57,591 nucleotides of DNA from Cyanophora paradoxa CCMP329 (taxonomy: Eukaryota > Plantae > Glaucophyta), in assembly GCA_004431415.1 (NCBI GenBank), contig QPMI01000487.1:1-57591 (forward strand), given 5' to 3'. Under the pieces are notes generated by a model that worked only from the letters and a program-made list of their open reading frames with translations, was not told the origin of the DNA and made no database searches. How positions within the stretch are numbered: the first letter of the stretch is position 1; every line of letters starts with the position of its first letter. A program made the position numbers and the translations under genes. Positions 1 to 11,234 of the stretch are shown one piece after another.

Positions 1-184
1 TCAGGTTGTATGCATTCCGCCATGTAGGATAGGTCATATTGTCCCGTTTCTTTGAGTTATTGATGCGCTCAATAATTTCATCATCGGTTAACTCAACCAA
101 ATTAGACGTATTGCGAGAACCAGTCAGACATTTCAGAAAGGTGCCCTTGACATTAGAGAATGCGAATTTCGTGATAGCGTCCAT
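1..184 (-). CDS. Hypothetical protein, N-terminal part (runs off window start)
   Basis: ATG at 184, open to position 1 (MDAITKFAFSNVKGTFLKCLTG...). Preceded by AAAATATTTTCTCCGCTTA, the same motif that precedes ORF 328-621. Confidence 0.55.
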   Translation of the reverse strand, partial: MDAITKFAFSNVKGTFLKCLTGSRNTSNLVELTDDEIIERINNSKKRDNMTYPTWRNAYNL

Positions 185-327
185 CTTCTCTGTTTTACTC
201 TAAGCGGAGAAAATATTTTTCAGGTTGTTCATTTTTTGCGCATTATCCTTAAATCCCTTACAGTTTTTCCCGATGATAAAATCGATTAGCATCGGGCAAT
301 CGATAGTATGGTAAGGAGCTTCCCGAT

Positions 328-621
328 TTACATCGGAAAGCCGCACGAAAAATAAGGAATGCGCTCAGCGGCAATCGAGAGTTTGCGTTTTCTAATACTT
401 ACGGGGGCGCCCCCGCTTTCCCATATGGCTTCCCTCCTCGGCTTTGCGACGATAATACGATTCCAAAGCCATCTTCTCTTGAATTCGCGATATTCGGGAT
501 CCTCGTTATACCGATTCCGCATTTTGATGATTTCACGGATCCGATAATTAAGTCCGTCGCCTTTCTTCATGTCCTCAGTGACAAGCTTTGCCTCAATATT
601 TACAGCAGCGATGGTGGTCAT
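328..621 (-). CDS. Small basic hypothetical protein
   Basis: 97-aa ORF with the shared upstream AAAATATTTTCTCCGCTTA motif. Confidence 0.55.
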   Translation of the reverse strand: MTTIAAVNIEAKLVTEDMKKGDGLNYRIREIIKMRNRYNEDPEYREFKRRWLWNRIIVAKPRREAIWESGGAPVSIRKRKLSIAAERIPYFSCGFPM

Positions 622-870
622 CTTTTCGTTCCTTACTATAAGCGGAGAAAATATTTTATCAGTCGTATTTCCTATTTCTTCTTTAAATCATTTTCTGAGC
701 TGTCATTTTTGTGATCGAAGCGAGTTCTTCTCTACGTTTTTTAATAGCGACTTCCAATGCGTATTGCGCGCGTTTCCTGTATAGGATCGCGTAGAGATCG
801 GGGTCGGGCATTCGATACTATTTAACGCGAAAATAGTTTCAGCGATCGTATTCGCCCAAATAAAGCGGAT

Positions 871-1320
871 TTATTGGCGGATACGGGAATCAACGCGAAA
901 ATGACCTTCCACGGAATTAGGGCACGAGCGGCGTCTTATATAGGATACTTGCACGTCTTCTATTGCTGTCTGTGGGACTATATTGGAGTTCGCAGGCACA
1001 GGCGAGGGCGATCGAGATCGGGGACGATCGTGATTATCGCTGTGGTTGGAATATACAGATGATCGCCTACCTCCATTATCCTCGTCCGAAATGTCAAACT
1101 CTACGGTTGTGTCGCAGCATCCGGACTTACAGTGAGATATGAAATGCAGGTGAAACATCTCAATGCATTGTGTGATGAAATTCATCGACCCTAATATTGC
1201 ACAACGTATTAAATATTGGAGAAAAGAAAAGGGAATGAGGGTGTTACTTGCTCGCCTGTTCCCATACGAATTAGTCGACCTTATAATGGTGTTTGTGGAG
1301 CCGACCTGTCCCTTTTGCAA
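871..1320 (-). CDS. Hypothetical protein (Ser/Arg-rich; start uncertain)
   Basis: 149-aa ORF, co-oriented with neighbours; no recognisable domain. Confidence 0.35.
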   Translation of the reverse strand: MQKGQVGSTNTIIRSTNSYGNRRASNTLIPFSFLQYLIRCAILGSMNFITQCIEMFHLHFISHCKSGCCDTTVEFDISDEDNGGRRSSVYSNHSDNHDRPRSRSPSPVPANSNIVPQTAIEDVQVSYIRRRSCPNSVEGHFRVDSRIRQ

Positions 1321-1487
1321 GGGAATTCATATTAAGACCCGCTCTAAATACGGGCGGATTCATTTATGTTTGAACGACTTGCACATTAGAAGCGACGACG
1401 CCCACCGAACATAGATGACAGATTGGCACCCGGCTGTGCATGCACACCGATGGGTTAACGAAACCGCCGGCTTTGGTGCATTTTCAG

Positions 1488-2052
1488 CTATGACTGTCTC
1501 TTTTCTTTCGACTGTCTGAACATCGGGAACAGTTGCCGCTTCTTTTCCATCTCCACTCGAACAGCTTGCTTAATTAATTTGCGCTGTTTATAGTCCTTAG
1601 TGAAATCATCAAAGGCTCTCACAGTAGTGTCGTAGGTAGCTAAACGCGCTTCCAGAGCCTAAACTTCTCCTCTAATTCCTGACCGACTTTCTCGCCCTTG
1701 GTCACATAGACAGATGCCCGCTTTTTAGGGCTTCCATCGATGCAGGTAAAGCGGCTGTTGCTTCGGCTTTTACCACCTTATTATCGGTTAGCTTTTCGCC
1801 TGTGAGCTGTGATTCGGCGAGGGATTGATCCGCCAGCTTTCTATCAGTGGAATCGACCGGCTCCCGCTTAGCATCCACCTTTTGAGCACGCTCTGAAACC
1901 TTTGTATTCGGGTCAATCAGATCGAAATCTATTTGGTCAGAAGCGGCAGCACCGCCAGTGCGACCGGCATCCTCCGCAGGATTAATCTTGCCAGCGACAA
2001 CAGCGCTTTGATCTTCCATTTGGATAGCTTTCCGCGAGTTCTTGGGTGGCAT
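1488..2052 (-). CDS. Hypothetical charged/coiled-coil protein, frameshifted
   Basis: ORF 1702-2052 continues plausibly in shifted frames (GSPKKRASVYVTKGEKVGQELEEKF, then LEARLATYDTTVRAFDDFTKDYKQRKLIKQAVRVEMEKKRQ). Upstream AATAAATTTCTC motif. Confidence 0.5.
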
Positions 2053-2221
2053 TTATCATTATGCGAGAAATTTATTCAAAATTTACCCAATTTCTTTGCA
2101 AATTTTGGGCGGCGCTTTTCTTGGTATGCCAGCAATAGATTGGGGTCTTTAAGTAGGTCGGCTTCGATTATTCTTTTGGTGGATCGCTTTAAGGTGGCGA
2201 CGTTTCCACTCACAGGTTTCG

Positions 2222-2997
2222 TTATATCGGTGGTTTGGGTTGGTCGCCATTTACCTCTGTGGAGCTCTGTTTTACCGGCTGTTTACCAGCGGGCTTTATC
2301 TCTTCCACCGCTTTTTTAAAGAACCGCTTGAATTTATATTCGTCAGGCACCGGATCAGCCTTGCCCACAGAGAATTCCAGGCTATATTTCGAGTTGTCAA
2401 TGCAGATAACCTGATAGCTGTGACTGTATTCGTTCATCACCTTCTCAAACCAATGCTTTTCGTATGGATTAAACTCGTCCTCAGCACTCTCCATCTCTTT
2501 TCTGTTGGGCAGCGAGAATAGAAAGATATATTCGGAGTTAACCCTAAGTGTCGGCGAAATCTTAGTGAGTTTTTGTGACAGAATCCACACAGATATGAAT
2601 AAATGGCGCCCCGACGTGAATAGCTGATTTAATATAGGTTCACCTCTTCCTGACATCGAAAGACTTGGATTGTCAATGAAATCATCGAGTATGATTAACA
2701 GGTTACCGACTTTCTCCTTTTTCTTGATTCGCTCCTTGCGTTTCTGTATTATATTGTCGATCAGCTTATGATCGAAATCCTCATACAAATACGATGTGAC
2801 ATTGTCATATTGATGGTTCCAGATCGTGGAAGCGAATATCATCACCGAATCTATCTTGTCCTCGTTGTGGTAAAGCAGGTATTTTAAGAATACTGACTTA
2901 CCTACTCCCGTTTTTCCGACAGCAAGTAAACGGCAAGGGAATGAAAGACTTGCCGGTCGAATTCCGCAAGATCTTCTATACTCACGTTTCCAGTCAT
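2222..2997 (-). CDS. A32/FtsK-HerA-type virion packaging ATPase
   Basis: Walker A GKTGVGKS, Walker B LLIILDD, and GRH..ISVWILSQ...ISPTLRVN typical of PLV/NCLDV packaging ATPases. One extra C gives N-terminus MTGNVSIEDLAEFDPASLSFP from ATG 2997. Confidence 0.93.
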
Positions 2998-3066
2998 ATT
3001 TGCTTTCCCTTATAAGAAACAAAATAAAAATAAGATCTTTGTATTTAGAACGACATTAAGAATTTT

Positions 3067-3993
3067 TTAATAGCCCATTAACATCTTTTCGGTGTATGCA
3101 ATTCGCAGCAGGGCAATACCATTTGTTGCACAGTATCTACTTTTGATACTATCGCGCAGTTTTGTCAATTGTAGGTGCTCTTCCCCTCCAAAGAATGGAA
3201 CGGCTTTGAAATGCTGAATTCCGTCATATTCGATTGCAATTTTAAGGCTTGGGATATAGAAGTCAAATCTAAGACAGTTTTGCAGTTTACAGTCTTCGAA
3301 TGTGTGTTGTGTTTCAAAATCTAGACCAATATCTTCGAGGACGTTTTGAATAATCATCTCTCCCTTCGATAAGTTGCAAGATGGACACCCAGCCCCTTCC
3401 AAATGTGAGTTTGGAGTTTGATCGAATTCTTTACCACATGAGCATATTATAGTTACTTTTGTTGCAGAAGTTTCATATGTAACCTTTCTATAATCATATC
3501 TATTTCCATGGATTGCATTTGCTCGCTCAATAAACTCATCAGTAGTTAAACGAAGAGCTTCTGAACTTTGTTTTCGTCCACAGTCAGGACATCCATTTTT
3601 TATATGGATGTGGTTTCGAGGAGAGACATCGAATAACAGCCCACATCCGTTACATTTGAGCTTGACCTTGTCTTTCATTGTTTCAAACTCCACAAGGCTG
3701 TAATCATATTTATCTCCATGTATTTCTTTGGATCGTTCAATAAAGCCTTCCTTAGTAACACGGTGTGCTTGCTTGGATACCCCATCTTTCCGATTGCACG
3801 AATTGCATCCCTGACCATAGATATGTTTTGCAGGCGCTTGCAAGAACTCGCAATTACATTTCTTACAGATAATTGTGATTTTCGTGTAACAGCCTGAGTA
3901 ATTCGCTTTGGAATAATCGTAACGCCCTTCTCCATGAACTTCATTGGCTTTCTGAATGAATGTCTCCTGAGTGTAAGGTTTTCCCATCGGCAT
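3067..3993 (-). CDS. Zn-ribbon-repeat + PD-(D/E)xK (Vsr/DUF559-like) endonuclease, homing-endonuclease-like
   Basis: Three repeats of FI..A...HG..YDYS...Y......I.C..C...F...P..H..G.GC..C, then LRFDFYIPSLKIAIEYDGIQHF...RDSIKSRYC...GIALLRI. Confidence 0.85.
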   Translation of the reverse strand: MPMGKPYTQETFIQKANEVHGEGRYDYSKANYSGCYTKITIICKKCNCEFLQAPAKHIYGQGCNSCNRKDGVSKQAHRVTKEGFIERSKEIHGDKYDYSLVEFETMKDKVKLKCNGCGLLFDVSPRNHIHIKNGCPDCGRKQSSEALRLTTDEFIERANAIHGNRYDYRKVTYETSATKVTIICSCGKEFDQTPNSHLEGAGCPSCNLSKGEMIIQNVLEDIGLDFETQHTFEDCKLQNCLRFDFYIPSLKIAIEYDGIQHFKAVPFFGGEEHLQLTKLRDSIKSRYCATNGIALLRIAYTEKMLMGY

Positions 3994-4098
3994 TTTTGAT
4001 CTTTCCTTCCCTTTACTCTATGTATTTGCCTTTTCTTTAAGTAGTTTTCCTATGGAAAACGTCAGAAAAATGACATCAAATTTTGCCCGCGAGATTCC

Positions 4099-5546
4099 TC
4101 ATGCCGATATTCTACTGAGACCGTTGGCATTCATTACAAGAATATTGTGGCAGTAAGCCGAGATCTGAACACCGACCTTTGTCCAGGTGGCGAGGGTGTG
4201 CCATTGGGTGTGAGGATTAGGAAGCTCGACGCTGATTGTGTTAGATCGACGTAGCCAGTCGCCTTCTCACCTTTGAGCGCCGCTTTACCATCGAGAGCAA
4301 AGCAGAAGCCAGTGTAAATGGGGCGCTTGTTGCTATCGATCCAGTTGGTCATCTTGAATTTATCGGCGAGCTCCATAGCCGCGGATTGCAGCGGGACACC
4401 AGTGTTAGAATATAGGTAATTGTTGTTATTTAGAACTTGCATCACGACATTATCATCGAAGGCAAGGGTGCGGACAGTAGAGTGCCCTCCTTTATTATCG
4501 CCCAGTGTGTTTTCGTCGCGAACCTTGACAACAAGTGCGTAAACGAGTCCCGAAATTTGAGATAGTGACAGGCGCAGACCAGAGCCGAGAGCAAGACCGG
4601 TATAATCCGCAAACTGAATATCAGTGTAGGGGATGGCGATGCCAGAGGTCTTAACACGAGTAATGATTTCGCCCATCGTTTCCTCATCGATGTTAACAGC
4701 ATCCATAATAATACGAGGGGTCGTCATTTCCAGATTCGCAAGAGCAGGTGTAGGTGTGAGAGCCGCACTATCGAAAATCGCAGTGGCATTAGGGTGAGCT
4801 AAGGTCTTAATATTTCCGAAAGCAGCCGCAACAGCAAGCGTCGTCTCGCCATCGGTCGAATTGGCAGCAGTAATTGCAGTCGTGTTATTCTGAGCGTAAA
4901 CGCCAGGAACCGCCGCAGTTTCGAGCAGCGCAGGGGTTTGGAAATATACTTCGACCGCGATTTCGGATGGGAGCGCACCGATGGGCACGCCAGCATCGAG
5001 GAAGCTCGGAATTCGCATGGTAAAAATGCCACCGGCTTGGTTGCCGCCCTCCACCTTCGGTCCGAGATGCAGCCCATGCTTGCGCTTCTTTTGGTCGAAT
5101 TCAGCCGGAGTGTTAGCCAGGAAAGCGTAATCTACCAGTCGCTCAGCGGGAATAATTTGCTCATACGACCCGTATTTAATGCTGACTCGCTGAACAAACG
5201 AGCCAGGAAGCCCGCGGACGAATCCAGTATTGAATAGATCAGCCGAGCAGTCAGCCGAGGTCTTGGCGATGGCAGTCAGCGCCTTCGCCGATGGAATGGT
5301 AACTTGGAGGCTAATACCATTGCACCAATTGTAGCGAGGGAGATAGAAGACCACACGAGTGGTAGCACCAGTAGAGGAGAACAGATTGCCGGGATCCGCA
5401 ATTGGGAGCACCTCAACACGAGAAGGCTTGAATTGTTTATCAACGCCCACAATAAATCCGCGATCCAAAAGCATGCTCTTGTAATCCTCCGGGGTTTCCA
5501 GGACGGATTTGAGCGTGAGGCGGCTAAGCGAGGTCGTGGGATCCAT
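4099..5546 (-). CDS. Major capsid protein (double jelly-roll type, PLV-like); one frameshift near C-terminus
   Basis: ~480 aa, beta-rich, located between ATPase and pentons. A shift at ~4195 restores the typical MCP end VGVQISAYCHNILVMNANGLSRISA* (stop 4099-4101). Confidence 0.8.
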
Positions 5547-5599
5547 ATTTCGTTTTTATCTTCCGCTGAGAAATTTATTTTAGAAGAACGGATTATTTT

Positions 5600-6863
5600 T
5601 TACAGCCACCCGCTCAACGCATTCGTTAAATTGCCGCAATGCGGGTAGTCCTCATATAGCATTTTCGCGAATCCCTTATTAACAATGCGCTGTAAATCGT
5701 CGTCGGGCTCATCCACTCCCATAGTAATTTCCAAAATGAATGTGTGCTCACAGCTTCCGAGGAAATACCTATAACCGCTCTCCGTGAGAATTTGAACGGT
5801 TAAACTATCAAACGAAAGGCGGGTGTTAAAGTATTTCGTGAAAGCATCCGCCCATAATTAATTAGCTCAGCATCCGCATAGGCTGTGCCTTTCGAAATCG
5901 GGATCTTAGCGAGGAATCCATTAGTAGCCTCGGTGCATGTCGTAAAAAGCGAGCAGTCCGGCTCTGTGATCTTTAAAACTATTGCATTATCCGGTGTATA
6001 ATCAGGGGCAGTGCCTCCGGCTATGCCTAAGACCAGAGCCGTCGAATTATAATTGCGGAATGCATCACCAGCTGAGTAAACGACACCGCTCCCAGCGAAG
6101 GCTGTGTAGCCCGATCCGTTGTATTGATCTATCATTATGTTCTCTCTGATCGATGTAAACCGAGAAGAGTCATCGTGCGATAGGCGAGCACCTTTCTTTC
6201 ATTCGCAGTAGACGAAGTGGCATTACTCGGACCATATTTAGTGAAAGCTATGTAGACATAATCACTCGAATAAAAGCATATGGCATTTAATGTGCTCTCA
6301 AAACGGCATCTCACCACCGGGTAAAAGGTTCCCCCTGTCGATGCGTAGCTTGGATTAATTTTTGTGTCGATCATATCCTTGATGTAGTTGCCAGTTCCAT
6401 TTTTCGTTAAGATGTTATCGATTGCAGTGGCAAGGTCGGTTCCAGTCGAGTATGTGCCAGGAGGGATCGTAATTGCTACGTCTCTGTATCGGGTATATCT
6501 TCTGAAAGTGTTTAGGTAATCAGGCGGTATATAGTTGCCTTGGTCGCCGAAATCTATCGCTTTGTATGCTTCGTATATTGCAGTTGCCTGTGTTTCTCTT
6601 ATTTCCGCAGTGGCACCATTGAGCTGACCGCTCGAAAATCGGTAAGGAAATGATATGAAAATTGTATTAGCATCATCGGCTTTCGTCTCCCCGATTTCAG
6701 TATAGAATTGAGGGCTTGGAACCGTCGGAATCGTGTTGGAAAATTCGATCTGTCGCACAGCGATGCTCTTCACATTGTGGTATTGCTTTGGAAGGGTCAC
6801 CTTATAGGAATGAGCCGAGCCCTCTGATCGATCACGGCTACTGATGCTGAGATACTCGCGCAT
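5600..6863 (-). CDS. Minor capsid / penton-like protein 1 (two frameshifts, ~6140 and ~5845)
   Basis: Starts MREYLSISSRDR..HSYKVTLPKQYHNVKSI, has a middle FLAKIPI, and ends DSLTVQILTESG...EHTFILEIT. Same N/C motifs as penton 2 and NCLDV/PLV minor capsid proteins. Confidence 0.8.
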
Positions 6864-6890
6864 TTTATTCTTTATTAATAGGAAATAAAA
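6864..6890. promoter_or_regulatory. 27-bp AT-rich, quasi-palindromic bidirectional intergenic region between the two penton genes
   Basis: CAT-TTTATTCTTTATTAATAGGAAATAAAA-ATG lies between divergent start codons. Confidence 0.5.
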
Positions 6891-7865
6891 ATGATTCGGA
6901 AGCCAGTTAACGATTTCTATAATGGCAAGTTTACGAGGGTCAATGTTAATATCGATTCTATTGAGCGCAGTGCAGGGCACCCGGGAGAATATACAGTAAA
7001 GCTTTCTCAGCGACTTCTGAACGTAAAAGGGGTGCGCATTGCGAGCGCCGAGCTCCCAAACACGATTTATGCTGTCACCGATAATTCCAGAGGCGTGACC
7101 ATACAGGGAATGACGAACAGCATCACCTTTTCCCCTTTCCCTGATATAGGAAACTACACCCCCGCGATTTGGGGATATGGTAATAAGAACTTAGGCTATT
7201 CGGGCAGCTTTGTAGATGTGGATCCTCTCACAAGCGAAAGCGTCACAGTCTACTACAAGTGGCTCTATAATCCAGCGACTATGAAAATTACGTTTTATTC
7301 GAGCATTCCCCTCGCACTGAGCTGTGCACATGACGACTTTGCAAGGTTCCATGGAATGATCAAAGGGCAGATCTACCAAACAGCAGTCGCAGAAAAAGGA
7401 AGCCCTCATTATCAGGTCTCGTATGCTGATGTGACCCCATTCCACTTGCAGTATTCATTCTTGCAAGCATTCGAGGGTCGCTCAATATTCCCGCCTAATT
7501 TACCAATATCCGAGAAATTCCTATACAATGCAGTGACCTTCCCGAATGCGATTAATCTAAATCCGACCCCCTATGTTTACCTACAAATTAAAGAGTTTAC
7601 TCCCTTTTACGACAGGTATATGGTGGCAGCAAAGACAGATGAGGGCGGAAATGCAAACCTCGCTAAGATCCCACTAACCAGCCCCTTGGGATCGTTTGTT
7701 TACTACCTGACATTCCGCAGAATCGATACTGTGGAGTTCTTTAATTCCCACGATCAGGCTTATGACATAGACACCCTCACAATTAAATGGCTCGACGCCT
7801 ACAATAATGTAGTCAACTTTAATGGCGTTAATCACAGCTTTATATTAGAGGTGCTATCGGGTTAA
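6891..7865 (+). CDS. Minor capsid / penton-like protein 2
   Basis: NIDSIER...EYTVKLSQRLLNVKGVRIASAELPNT; PYVYLQIKE; LAKIPL; IDTLTIKWLDAYNNVVNFNGVNHSFILEV. Confidence 0.88.
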   Translation: MIRKPVNDFYNGKFTRVNVNIDSIERSAGHPGEYTVKLSQRLLNVKGVRIASAELPNTIYAVTDNSRGVTIQGMTNSITFSPFPDIGNYTPAIWGYGNKNLGYSGSFVDVDPLTSESVTVYYKWLYNPATMKITFYSSIPLALSCAHDDFARFHGMIKGQIYQTAVAEKGSPHYQVSYADVTPFHLQYSFLQAFEGRSIFPPNLPISEKFLYNAVTFPNAINLNPTPYVYLQIKEFTPFYDRYMVAAKTDEGGNANLAKIPLTSPLGSFVYYLTFRRIDTVEFFNSHDQAYDIDTLTIKWLDAYNNVVNFNGVNHSFILEVLSG

Positions 7866-7883
7866 AATAATCTTATATTACAA

Positions 7884-10800
7884 ATGAGTATCACGAATCT
7901 CCCCTTTATCACTCGGGAAACCTTGTATTTGGATGACGGTTTCGAGCTCAGCAGTAACATTACCGCTTCCAATGTGACCATATCTTCGAACCTTGTGGTA
8001 AAAGACTTTCTATTAAATCAGAGCAACCTTCAATATATTGATATCACCAGCAATCTCCCTTTTACCTATGGCACTGATAACTCAGCCCTCGTTATCTATC
8101 ATGGGGGCTCGCCTGTTGCATTCTTTGGCAGCAATTTCCCCACAGTGCGAACCTTTCAGCACGAAATCAATAAAGCCCGCCCCATCCCACTGACAGCTGT
8201 CGTCGAATGGGATCCTGTTAAATATTCGCAGAGCATCACAAGCAATATCACACTCACTCGACCACATTTAATTGAGGTCATGGGGGTCGACCTTGTAAAG
8301 GAGTTTTATAGTGAGCGATTCACAAGAAACGAGCGAGATGTAGCCCAGGATCTCGAAATCTCGGGTTTATCAATTGCTACCGCAGCAAACACGGCAGGGC
8401 TCGCTGTTTTAACAGGTGCAATCACCATCACTGATGCGATCATGTATTTATCCCGCGATTTGGTGCCTTTGCTCGATCATCAGTTTAATCTCGGGCAGTC
8501 TAACACTGATGCTGTTAAGAAATGGCTGAATGTGTATGCCTATGATGGGTGGTTTGATGACTTGCACACGACTAACCTTTATAGCACGACCTCAAAAACA
8601 AGTAACATAATCTTGCCTTTCAATCACTCAGTCCGACCCAGTGATTTACCCACTGATGAGAGAGCTCTGATCAGCTATAACGACTTTAACAGCAATCTTT
8701 CCCGCTCAGTTTCGCGGACTGAGACCTACACTGTCGAGGGATACCCTCAGCAGCTCGCAAATGGGGTCTATGTCGCTTATGTAGGCAAACCTACATATAC
8801 ATTCACTTGGGATCAGTTGGGTGTCACAGGTTTGGAGAGTATACCCACTGTTTCATTGGTGGATCACACAACTTATTATAATCCTATCACTAACAATAAT
8901 GAATCTAATAAAGCGTTTATCCAAAATGTCACCTCCACAGGGTTTCAGGTCTCGTTTGTCATTAACGAGACATACAATTTACTTATCATCCGAAACAACT
9001 CATTGAGTTCCGAAGCTACTATTAGTTTCACTCTCACCATCAATTACATTAGCCCTGTATTCGATAGCAAACCCAGAGTAAAGGTTTACCGAGATTTACA
9101 AGGTAGCAATATCGTGCCCTTCTCACAGAATTTCGATCTTGGGCGAATTCTTTAAGGTGGAACACAGTTTATACTTTGAGTGCAAACACCTGTAATATTG
9201 TGGTCGCAGGATCATCGGCTACTATTGGAGAATTGACCGCCCCTTTTAGAAAGGAGTTTCTCAAAGAACTGTATATAACGAAGTCTGATTTACCAGATGC
9301 TATTTCGTTGGTGCTCTCCCCAACTCCCAGTATATCCTATCACAATGTGAAAGACACCAGTAATGTAGTGCAGAGGGGAAGCAAAGTATTCCAGGCATCC
9401 GAGATATCAGCAACAACATATAGATACCTTGCAGCGGTTCCAGCGAATTTTAATTTCACATTTGAGACACCATTTGTTTCCCCTCCTACTATTGAAATAA
9501 CTGACACGAATTTGTATGTGGTAAATGATGGGTCAGCTACATCACTTCAAAATGCACCAGCCGGCTACTCTCCATTTGTCGCAACAAATATAACAACAAC
9601 CGGCTTTACACTTGTCGGAAATGCAACAGTGACATATGCTCTGACAGCATATCCTGTTGGGTTGTATTTTGCGAAATTTAATCTTTCAGCGATCCCACCT
9701 GTGTCCCTTTCTCCTCCCTTTACTATAAGTTGGAAGGCAACAGGAACTATTCCGCGATTCGACCCCGAAGACCGCTTGAAAATTAGGTATCCTCTCGATG
9801 TGACCGACCTTCATACTACGAGAATCAATGGGCAGAATTTCGTATTTAATGGAACCAATGCAACTCTGATCGATAATCGAGTAACGAATAATTACTTTTT
9901 CGATTCTCGATATATTAATACTTGCAATATTGTCATACAGAACACGTTTGAGAATCGAAGTAAGACCTTATCAGTCACCTTGCCCACTCACTCGAATGTC
10001 TCAGATGGATTTCACTATTATCTTTTCAATCGCAATTACACCTCATATATTCCATACCCTTCTGAGACTGTCAACATGAGCTATCCCAGAGTCACCCTTA
10101 CATCGACCAATGCTGACTTCTTTGGATCCACGGACTTTATGACCTTCTTTGCTTTCACATCCTCTACTGATGGGCTCTTAGTTTATTACACTTTCAAATC
10201 TGATACTGTTGCTACCCAGATTGAAAGCCACCCAAACACTGATATTATCACAGTAGGCGATAAGAAATATATAAAAACCGCTTCCCCATGGGTTTGCACT
10301 GTCCGGCTCGATGACAGATACACTCCTAACCTAAATAGCATTGGAATGCACTCGACATGCAATATTTATGTGCAAGGTGCAATTTCAGCTTCAAAGTACT
10401 TTGAGGGTGGGAACTGTGATGCAGCCCATAGGTTGCTATCGAGAAATGGACTCTTTGAGTCATTTAGTGGGACAGCTCTACCGCCATTCATCAGGGACAC
10501 AGTCTATGATACAACATGCAATATTTGGGTGTGCCGATCTGTGAGCAATCCACCTGTAACACAGGAATTATACAGTTACCTCGCGAATAAGTATGGGGCA
10601 ATCACAGGGTCTTCAACAGGAAATCCAGCAACAGCTCCTATCGTGTTTGCAAATGCATACACAGCGCCAACCTCATTGGCAGGGTCGACAGAACCGCCAC
10701 CAAACGATCCCAATCCGAACCAGCCTAACCCAGATCCCGATTCAAAAGATCCCCCTACAACTGATCCAGATCCAAACACGACACCTAATAATCCCACTAA

Positions 10801-11125
10801 TCCTACAAATCCAGTCGGAGCACCCGGAATGGATCCAGGAACGTTAGTGCTTCTCATTCTCTTGCCGATTCTCGGTGCTCTTGGACTTGTGCTTGCATAC
10901 AAATTCCGAGCTTTATGTTGTGCTTGCATAGACAGAACCATTGCAGGTGCAGGTAATAAATACTCGGTGCCAGAAATGAATGTGACCCAAACAGCCGAAG
11001 GAGATGTGGGGTTAGAGGTGAGGTCAGCCGAGGGGCATGGTCTTAGTGTTGTGAGAACTGATCAACCACCAGCAAGTAGGGCAGCACCCAAAAATCGCGA
11101 GCAGAACGAATGGCTGAATCAATAA
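7884..11125 (+). CDS. Large fibre/adhesin-like protein with C-terminal TM anchor (ORFs 7884-9155 and 9176-11125 joined by one frameshift)
   Basis: One extra G at ~9141 gives FDLGANSLRWNTVY, echoing the earlier FNLGQSN....KWLNVY motif. Also lectin-like beta modules (FETPFVSPPTI...NITTTGF...ISWKATG), a PNPNQPNPDP linker and hydrophobic GTLVLLILLPILGALGLVLAY. Confidence 0.7.
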
Positions 11126-11234
11126 TAAAAGATAATGCAGACTTTATGGCGGAAATTGCACAACGAGAGGGCAGAACATACGAGCTTCTCCCAATGCGAC
11201 CCTAATTTTTGTAGTATGCCTTAATAGAGAAATA

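Noticed and set aside
6864-6980. ORF-track N-terminal extension of penton 1 (MPCTALN...)
   Set aside because: It overlaps penton 2 antisense; the family motif begins at MREYLSISSRDR (ATG 6863).
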